A DNA stretch of 32,000 bases from Nostoc sp. PCC 7120 = FACHB-418 (GTDB lineage Bacteria > Cyanobacteriota > Cyanobacteriia > Cyanobacteriales > Nostocaceae): contig NC_003272.1 of NCBI RefSeq assembly GCF_000009705.1, forward strand, positions 660,001 to 692,000, written 5' to 3'. This document shows positions 25,828 to 32,000 of the stretch, in pieces (position 1 is the first letter of the stretch; every line of letters starts with the position of its first letter). A model generated the notes under the pieces. The model did no database searches, was not told where the DNA came from, and saw only the letters and a list, made by a program, of their open reading frames with translations. The translations under genes were made by a program, and so were the position numbers.

Positions 25828-26524
25828 TTAACGTGAGTTCGACGGGTTAATTTAGGTGAAGAAAAAAGCTGAGACTGAAATAAGAAGAAAAATTAAAGGA
25901 TGTCTCAGCTATGTCCTACACGTACAGGAGAAATTACAGGCATAAGCTTCATCGATTCTACGCCAATCGAAGTTTGTCATAGATGTAGCGCCCACGCAAA
26001 TAAGGTATTTAAAGGATTAGTGGAATGGGGGAAGAATTCTGTAGGGTGGCACTATGGATTTAAACTGCATTTAGTTATTAATGACAAAGGAGAATTACTG
26101 GCATTCAAACTAACGAGTGCAAATACCGATGACCGAAAACCAGTTCCAGATATGACTCAAGATTTGATTGGTAAACTGTTTGGTGACAGAGGATATATTT
26201 CACAAAAACTTTTTGAGGAGTTATATGAGCGGGGGTTAGAGTTAGTTACCAAATCTAAAAAGAACATGAAAAACCGCTTGGTTAAACTCATTGATAAAAT
26301 TCTGTTACGCAAGCGTGCAGTCATTGAGTCGGTTAATGACCACCTGAAAAACCTGTGTCAAATTGAACATTCTCGCCATCGCAGCGTTTTCAACTTTTTG
26401 GTCAACTTAATGGCTGGTTTAGCTGCCTACACTTATTTGCCTCAGAAACCCTCGCTTGATATTTATCCCAAAGGCTTACCTGCTCTACTTACTGCTGTTT
26501 TTTAGTTCGTCGAACTCACGTTAA
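25828..26524 (+). mobile_element. defective IS982-family insertion sequence (~0.7 kb, 5'-deleted transposase)
   Basis: The inverted termini are TTAACGTGAGTTCGACG (25828-25844) and CGTCGAACTCACGTTAA (26508-26524). The element is about 300 bp shorter than typical family members. Confidence 0.75.
25900..26505 (+). CDS. IS982-family DDE transposase, N-terminally truncated (201 aa)
   Basis: Motifs seen are GISFIDSTPIEVC (D1), GWHYGFKLHLVINDKGELLAF, FGDRGYIS (D2) and [28 protein letters not shown] (E). It lacks the ~90 N-terminal residues of full-length family members, so it is likely non-functional. Confidence 0.75.
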   Translation: MSQLCPTRTGEITGISFIDSTPIEVCHRCSAHANKVFKGLVEWGKNSVGWHYGFKLHLVINDKGELLAFKLTSANTDDRKPVPDMTQDLIGKLFGDRGYISQKLFEELYERGLELVTKSKKNMKNRLVKLIDKILLRKRAVIESVNDHLKNLCQIEHSRHRSVFNFLVNLMAGLAAYTYLPQKPSLDIYPKGLPALLTAVF

Positions 26525-26900
26525 AGTTAGTATCAGTTTGTTCACAAATTGAGCGGAGGCATCTCTCAAATAGTTGAGAAACATTACTCCAGGATTTGGC
26601 AACTTGTTGGCTTTTTAGAGGAATTACAAATACAAGCATAAAATTGACTTGTAAGAAATATTACTTGCGAGGTACGGGAACCCAAAATAATTCACTAAAT
26701 AGAGAGATTCAAACAGTCACTTCGGTAATAAGTAATTTCCCTATTAAGTAGGTAGACTTAAAAAAATATAATGTGTTCTACCATTGAGTCCCGTAGATAA
26801 CGCAATTACATCTTACATTTAAATACGCATACTTACTTACGTATTACTAAATCTTCATCAATTTGTTAAGTACGGATGTTGATTTTTGCTAGTCGCCCCT

Positions 26901-27272
26901 TCAAGTATCTAAGTCTAGTGATTTCATTCCTTGGCGTTCTGCAAAAGTTAACATACTACCTAATTGCAACCAAACTAATAAGCAAGTCAGCAAACTGAGC
27001 GGTAAACCGATTCCTAAAGCTAGAGAATCAGGAAAGCCAAATATTTCTAAACCAGAAGATAAAAATAAACAAGTACCACTAGTTATTCCTAAAAAGGGTA
27101 CGGACAAAAGTTTCTTTAATGATGAACTAGCTTGAGAATTTTCGTCGCTATTGATTTGCCACTTCTGTACTACTAATTTTAGTGTCCCAGATAAGGCAAT
27201 GCCGGAGGTTACTGCTACAAATAGACCTAGAAGTAGCAAGAAATAGGGCGGTTGCAAAGGATAATAGTACAT
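26901..27272 (-). CDS. small integral membrane protein (123 aa, 3-4 TM helices)
   Basis: Hydrophobic segments are FLLLLGLFVAVTSGIALSG, LSVPFLGITSGTCLFLSSGLEIFG and LALGIGLPLSLLTCLLVWLQLG. It lies 57 nt downstream of the ABC1 kinase gene on the same strand. Confidence 0.55.
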   Translation of the reverse strand: MYYYPLQPPYFLLLLGLFVAVTSGIALSGTLKLVVQKWQINSDENSQASSSLKKLLSVPFLGITSGTCLFLSSGLEIFGFPDSLALGIGLPLSLLTCLLVWLQLGSMLTFAERQGMKSLDLDT

Positions 27273-27328
27273 GAAAACTCCCCATGAGAATTAATGAGAT
27301 TTTTTAAAAAGATGAGAAAAGTTGATTT

Positions 27329-29107
27329 TTAATTTTTTGCCTGGGATTCATCAAAAAATCCAAAAGATGTTGCTTGAGGTAAAATAGCGGCAACCCCTTC
27401 CCTAGATAAATCTGTCAGCAAACCGATCGCCACATTGAATATGCGATTTGGTTGGAGGTCATCTTTCACCAAAGACCACAAGCGTTGAACTTCTTCTGTG
27501 TGCAAGCGATCATCTTCTGTAAGCGCTAGCACCAACTGGCGGCGGAGAAATTGACCTTCATCAGACAAGAGAAATTGCAAACCCATTCTGGCTGTGGGTA
27601 ATACATCAAAATTGTTATCACTGCGAGCGATCGCAATCAAATTTTCCAAGCGTTGCCACTGAAATCTACCATCTTTGAACAGCACATTCAGCAACCGCCT
27701 TCTCAATTCCGGTGATTCTCCAGTTAGTAACCGTCTGGCTACGTAAGGATAACCCACATCCACAATTTTAAAATTGCGATTGAGACTCAGTGCAATCCCT
27801 TCTTGTGTCACCAGAGAACGAATAATTAAGGCAAACTTCGCCGGGACTCGAAATGGATACTCATACATCAGTTCCGAGAACTGATCTGTGATGGTTTTAA
27901 AGTTAAAATCGCTGACATTTTTACCAATGGCATTTCCTAGCACTGTTTCCAATGCCGGAATAATGGGGGCAATATTGGTATCGGCAGTCAGAAAGCCTAA
28001 ATTAACAAAATCTAAGGCTAAATCACTATAGTCTTTGTTGACTAGATGCACTAGTGCATCTACCAAACGTTCTTTACTGTTTTCTTCCAACTGATCCATC
28101 ATGCCAAAGTCGATGTAAGCCATACGACCGTCAGGCATGGCAAACAAATTACCTGGATGAGGATCGGCGTGGAAAAAGCCATATTCCAACAACTGCTGCA
28201 AGCCTGAGGTGACACCAATACTGATAATCGCTTCTGGGTCTAAACCAGCTTTGCGAATACTGTCAGTATCTGTGAGCTTAAAGCCGTTAATCCACTCTAG
28301 AGTTAGAACCCGACTACTGGTAAAACGCCAATAAATACTTGGGACTTTTACTTGGGTATCATTGCGGAAGTTGTGAGCAAATTTTTCCGCGTTACGACCT
28401 TCATTGAGGTAGTCAATCTCCTCAAATAACTTAGTGCCGAACTCATCCACAATCAAAGTTAAATCATGACCAAGATTGAGTGGTAGCCAAGGTGCTAACC
28501 AACTAGCAGTCCAACGCATGAGATAAAGATCAAGAGTGAGAGTGGGGCGCAGATGAGGGCGTTGCACCTTCACCGCCACTTCCTCACCACTAAGTAAGCG
28601 TCCTCGGTAGACTTGACCTAAACTAGCTGCTGCAACTGGAGTTGGGGAAAGCTCACTATATATATCTGATATGGGTCTATCCAACTCTGATTCAATAATG
28701 TGATAAGCGATCGCATTATCAAAAGCTGGCAATTGGTCTTGCAGCTTGATGAGTTCTTCTAGGAAGTCCTTACGTATTAGGTCTGGTCTAGTGGAGAGAG
28801 CCTGACCGACCTTAATAAATGTAGGGCCCAAACGGGTAAGTAGTTCTCGCAACTGGGTAGCTCGTTTTCCCTTGTTCTGCTCTACTTGATTTTGCCATTC
28901 ATCCCACTTCAAACCCAAAACAAACATGGCAAAAGACCAAGTTATTTTGAATAGCCGTCCCCATGCTAGCCAGGGACGAAAACGATAGTAACGAGCAATC
29001 GCATCGGGATTGTAGCGCTTTAGCTGACCAGGTTGATACTGACCCACGCCTTTGTCTGCCTCTTCTTCTGGGAAATTTACAGTGTCCTTTTGTGTGTTGA
29101 CCCGCAA
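27329..29107 (-). CDS. ABC1/UbiB-family atypical protein kinase
   Basis: Motifs seen are GPTFIKVGQALSTRPDL, PVAAASLGQVYRGRL, VAVKVQRP, FHADPHPGNL and AYIDFGMM. The start is uncertain: TTG 29107 in the track, with GTG 29050 possible. Confidence 0.88.
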   Translation of the reverse strand: MRVNTQKDTVNFPEEEADKGVGQYQPGQLKRYNPDAIARYYRFRPWLAWGRLFKITWSFAMFVLGLKWDEWQNQVEQNKGKRATQLRELLTRLGPTFIKVGQALSTRPDLIRKDFLEELIKLQDQLPAFDNAIAYHIIESELDRPISDIYSELSPTPVAAASLGQVYRGRLLSGEEVAVKVQRPHLRPTLTLDLYLMRWTASWLAPWLPLNLGHDLTLIVDEFGTKLFEEIDYLNEGRNAEKFAHNFRNDTQVKVPSIYWRFTSSRVLTLEWINGFKLTDTDSIRKAGLDPEAIISIGVTSGLQQLLEYGFFHADPHPGNLFAMPDGRMAYIDFGMMDQLEENSKERLVDALVHLVNKDYSDLALDFVNLGFLTADTNIAPIIPALETVLGNAIGKNVSDFNFKTITDQFSELMYEYPFRVPAKFALIIRSLVTQEGIALSLNRNFKIVDVGYPYVARRLLTGESPELRRRLLNVLFKDGRFQWQRLENLIAIARSDNNFDVLPTARMGLQFLLSDEGQFLRRQLVLALTEDDRLHTEEVQRLWSLVKDDLQPNRIFNVAIGLLTDLSREGVAAILPQATSFGFFDESQAKN

Positions 29108-29503
29108 TTTGTTTGCTAGTCGAAGCTAAGGGTAGTTTTCTGTGAAAAAAAACTATTAATCTTGATTTTTGGGCTTGTTCGCAGCTATGCTAGCTTATTG
29201 AACTGCCCAGATATTTCTATCTTTTTATTAATTATACTTTATAAAACTACAACTTCTTCACTGTTATTTACAACCTCAGTCTGGGAAGACTATCTTCAAG
29301 TTATATTTTTTACGCACTTCGCAGCAAAATTTCATCATGGGTGTGCAGATAAATCGCTAATTCTAACTTTCTAAATCAAGTTATGAATAGATAGCAATGT
29401 GTTAGCTAAAAAGTTAAAAAGGACGACTGTCACCTGAATTTTGATGCTTAGTGCGTAAGTTATAGCTTAGTTCCCTTGATCAACTTCTCTAGGCTAGATT
29501 CTG

Positions 29504-30595
29504 ATGAAATTGTTTTCCTTCTGGAAATACCGCAAGCATCAATTACGTGTATTTGCGGTAATAGTTAGTATTGGATTGACTATTATCTCTACAACTTCAG
29601 CTACTAATAGTCAAACAGTTACGAGAGATCCTTGGTTATGGCCATTTTCCACCACGTCAATTTGGAATATGCCCATAGGCTCAAACGCTAAATATATACC
29701 GGCAAATATTCAAAAGGCTGGTTGGTTTGGGCCGGATCGAGAGTATTTTTACAAGTTAAAAGCTAGTGATCCTTTACGCCCAGTCTATTCTCCTGGTAGC
29801 TGGACTAAAAGGTGTTCTGGTACCAACTATATGAACATATCTCTACCTGTTCCCAATAGTTTAATCATTCCCGATGCTACCTTAACTCCCTACAGTACGC
29901 CGAACAATGCCTCCGCTTTTTTGATGCCAGATGGTAAAACCTTAGTACAACTTGAGCCGTTAGCTCGTTGTCAAAAGGGTGGGCCAATTTACGGTTGGCG
30001 CTATTACCCTGATTTGAGTTTATCTGGTCAAGGCATAGGTGGAGCGCATTTCGGATCTGGACTTTCTTCTATTGGCGGTTCAATTCGTAGAGGCGAACTG
30101 ACTAATGATCAACCAATCCGCCACGCTATCAAGTTTGTCCTGTGGGGGAAAAAATACTTCTATTATTCCAGTAGTCTTCCTGGGTATCGCTGGCCAGCAG
30201 ACCGAGCTGACAACGCCGCCGCCACTAATTATGGTGGAAAAAACCCTGCTTTTGTACAAGGAACCCTACTAGCAATTCCACCATCTGTCACCGAGTCTAG
30301 TCTGCAATTACAAACTCCAGTTGGCAAGAAGCTTTTTCGTGCATTACAAAATTACGGTGCTTATGTTGTTGATGATGCTGGATGGGATGGTCACTATATA
30401 GCAGTAGAAAAAGGAGTTCCAGAAGAGTTTAAAACAAAATATGGTTATAGTTTTGAAGCTTCATCTGGTACTTTTTACAACGACATCATGAAGCTATATC
30501 AGGCAGTTTACATCGTGGATAACAACAGCCCAACTAGCATAGGTGGAGGTGGTGCTACAAGACGCGCACCTCTAGCTCCACCATTACCAAGCTAG
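29504..30595 (+). CDS. secreted/membrane-anchored hypothetical protein (363 aa)
   Basis: The N-terminal hydrophobic anchor or signal reads VFAVIVSIGLTIISTTSA. The mature part is rich in W/Y/G (WLWPFSTTSIWNMPIGS, GGAHFGSGLSSIGGSIRRGEL). I recognise no family. Confidence 0.6.
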   Translation: MKLFSFWKYRKHQLRVFAVIVSIGLTIISTTSATNSQTVTRDPWLWPFSTTSIWNMPIGSNAKYIPANIQKAGWFGPDREYFYKLKASDPLRPVYSPGSWTKRCSGTNYMNISLPVPNSLIIPDATLTPYSTPNNASAFLMPDGKTLVQLEPLARCQKGGPIYGWRYYPDLSLSGQGIGGAHFGSGLSSIGGSIRRGELTNDQPIRHAIKFVLWGKKYFYYSSSLPGYRWPADRADNAAATNYGGKNPAFVQGTLLAIPPSVTESSLQLQTPVGKKLFRALQNYGAYVVDDAGWDGHYIAVEKGVPEEFKTKYGYSFEASSGTFYNDIMKLYQAVYIVDNNSPTSIGGGGATRRAPLAPPLPS

Positions 30596-30618
30596 ATAAG
30601 CTATGACCCTTTTATGGT

Positions 30619-30662
30619 TTGTTGACTGCTGACTGTTAACTGTCAACTGTCAACAGCCAACA
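30619..30662. repeat. STRR heptamer repeats with dyad symmetry between convergent genes
   Basis: The heptamers TGTTGAC TGCTGAC TGTTAAC TGTCAAC TGTCAAC AGCCAAC run in tandem. The outer units are mutually complementary, giving a terminator-like hairpin. Confidence 0.65.
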
Positions 30663-30697
30663 CGAAAAAATGTGCAATTTAAACCAAAGACATCTGA

Positions 30698-32000
30698 TTA
30701 CTGTTTAACAGTCTGGGATTTAGCTTCTAGATTTTCTAGACGGCTTTTAAGTTCTTGGTTTTGTTGTTTGAGTTGGTCAAATTCCTCGCGTAATTTTCGT
30801 AAAGCGTTGTCTGTGCCGATGTTTTTCTGCACATTCGCCAGTTCTTCTTCGGCGAAACGGCGCACACGCCCATCGGCTGTTTGATCTGCGAGCGATCGCA
30901 ATACTCCCATTGCCTTTGGTGTCTCCATTTGCCCTAATGCGGCGACAACTGCCATCAGGGTTAAAAAGAAGTTTTCTTTAGATAGTTCGCCTAGCCGGGC
31001 AATAATCCGTTCTAAATTGACTGGGCTTTGACCAGGGGAAATTTTGCCTAATGCCCGAATTGCTGCCAAGCGTAATGGTTGGGGTACACCGAGTTTTGTA
31101 TACTCAAGTATCAAATCTAACGCTGCTTCCGAGGTTTTGAGTTCAGCTAAACCACCGATCGCCCCACTGCGAACTACTTCATTCCACCCAGCCCTTTCTT
31201 CTAAAACTGATTGCAGGAGCTTGATCGCTTTTTCTTCTTTGGATTTGTCATCGAAATTAATGGCGGCGATCGCTCCTAAGGCCAAACAAGCTGCCGACTC
31301 TACGTAGTAACTAGCATCACCATCTTTGACTACACCTTTGACAGCCTTATAACTAGCGAGGGTTTTAATTTTTGCTAGTGCTTGCACCACAGCCCGCCGT
31401 ACATAAGCATTTTTATCTGCTAAACCCTCAACTAATCCATCAAAAGCTTGGTCTAGCTTAATTTCTGCCAACTGTTTCGCCACTTCCACCCGCACACCCC
31501 AGAATGGTTCATTTTTCAGAGATGCTGCTAAGGCTTTAGTAGCTTCTAATCCGCCTTTTTTCGCCAAAGCTGCCGCCGCATATATACGCGAAATTGGATC
31601 TGGGTCAGATGCTAACTGTGCTTTTAACTCTGGGATGGGATATTCTAAAGACACAGTTTTCAGCCAATGATTACCCACATCAAAGCTGATAAAGTCTGGC
31701 TTCTCTGTGAGTGGGAAATAAAAACTTTGTTCCCGTTCATGTACCCGCACGGTGAAAGTTTGCAGTTTTGCTGCTGCTTCTGTTTGGTTATAGCCAAAAC
31801 CAATGGGGATTCTCAGGTCAAATACATCTTTATCCTTATCTGCGGGTACTTGAGTTTGGGTGACTGTTACCTTGGCTAACTTCGCTTCCCCGTCCCAAGA
31901 ATAAGCAACTTTAAAATCAGGATGACCACCGCGATAAACGTATTGGTCAAACAGGAAAGCGAGATTGCGTCCGGTAGCCTTTTCAATTGCCCGGAGTAAA
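30698..32000 (-). CDS. M1-family aminopeptidase (PepN-like), C-terminal part with HEAT repeats; 5' end beyond window
   Basis: The frame stays open upstream of the track Met to the window edge (...GRNLAFLFDQYVYRGGHPDFKVAYSWDGEAKLAKVTVTQTQ...RVHEREQ). The C-terminal half has HEAT-like repeats (ISRIYAAAALAK, WGVRVEVAKQLAE, AYVRRAVVQALAK) and a coiled-coil tail. Confidence 0.8.
   Translation of the reverse strand, partial: LLRAIEKATGRNLAFLFDQYVYRGGHPDFKVAYSWDGEAKLAKVTVTQTQVPADKDKDVFDLRIPIGFGYNQTEAAAKLQTFTVRVHEREQSFYFPLTEKPDFISFDVGNHWLKTVSLEYPIPELKAQLASDPDPISRIYAAAALAKKGGLEATKALAASLKNEPFWGVRVEVAKQLAEIKLDQAFDGLVEGLADKNAYVRRAVVQALAKIKTLASYKAVKGVVKDGDASYYVESAACLALGAIAAINFDDKSKEEKAIKLLQSVLEERAGWNEVVRSGAIGGLAELKTSEAALDLILEYTKLGVPQPLRLAAIRALGKISPGQSPVNLERIIARLGELSKENFFLTLMAVVAALGQMETPKAMGVLRSLADQTADGRVRRFAEEELANVQKNIGTDNALRKLREEFDQLKQQNQELKSRLENLEAKSQTVKQ

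Noticed and set aside
476-31879. Track ORFs lying antisense to, or out of frame within, stronger genes. They are 476-703(-), 902-1096(-), 2932-3288(-), 3677-3862(+), 4159-4368(-), 4983-5381(+), 5308-5520(-), 6841-7023(-), 7218-7448(-), 7845-8081(-), 7919-8242(-), 10112-10423(-), 13538-13750(+), 17164-17385(+), 19689-19886(-), 20996-21190(-), 21584-21793(-), 22218-22532(+), 23692-23889(+), 23930-24166(+), 25320-25505(+), 29162-29374(+), 30672-30884(+), 31044-31307(+) and 31667-31879(+).
   Set aside because: Almost all overlap a longer ORF that has clear family motifs; 29162-29374 instead lies in the spacer upstream of the ABC1 kinase gene. Their translations are low-complexity or Ser/Cys/Leu-rich mirror-frame products with no recognisable domains.

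Overview
The window is a chromosomal segment of a filamentous, heterocyst-forming cyanobacterium of the Nostoc/Anabaena type. The taxonomic call rests on at least 19 copies of the HIP1 palindrome GCGATCGC counted by eye, on heptamer/octamer STRR-type tandem repeats in intergenic spacers, and on a cphB2/cphA2 pair.

The core genes are:
- a secreted protein, a stand-alone CHAD protein and a beta-propeller protein
- a NIL-ferredoxin fusion and a TxlA-like thioredoxin
- the cph2 cyanophycin cluster: cyanophycinase, a small ORF and a truncated synthetase (CphA2)
- DAHP synthase, an FKBP isomerase, and rplI-dnaB with a 429-aa LAGLIDADG intein in DnaB
- gloB, an ABC1/UbiB kinase, a secreted protein of unknown function, and the 3' part of an M1 aminopeptidase that runs off the window

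The accessory part lies at about 15.9-26.5 kb. It starts with a small Thr/Tyr-rich ORF and a 16-nt direct repeat. A tightly packed same-strand operon follows: GT4, an ABC exporter, GT4, a GT10-like enzyme and two tandem GT-A/GT8-like paralogues. After it come two defective IS982-type copies in inverted orientation, which bracket an AT-rich orphan ORF.

The most unusual observation is that the ABC half-transporter carries a C-terminal HisKA/DHp-like domain (SHEIRTRLHSMIG). It has no kinase catalytic domain, and it sits in an operon that lacks any recognisable initiating transferase, flippase or polymerase. I found no rRNA gene, convincing tRNA gene or CRISPR array. All family assignments come from motif recognition by eye and were not checked against databases.
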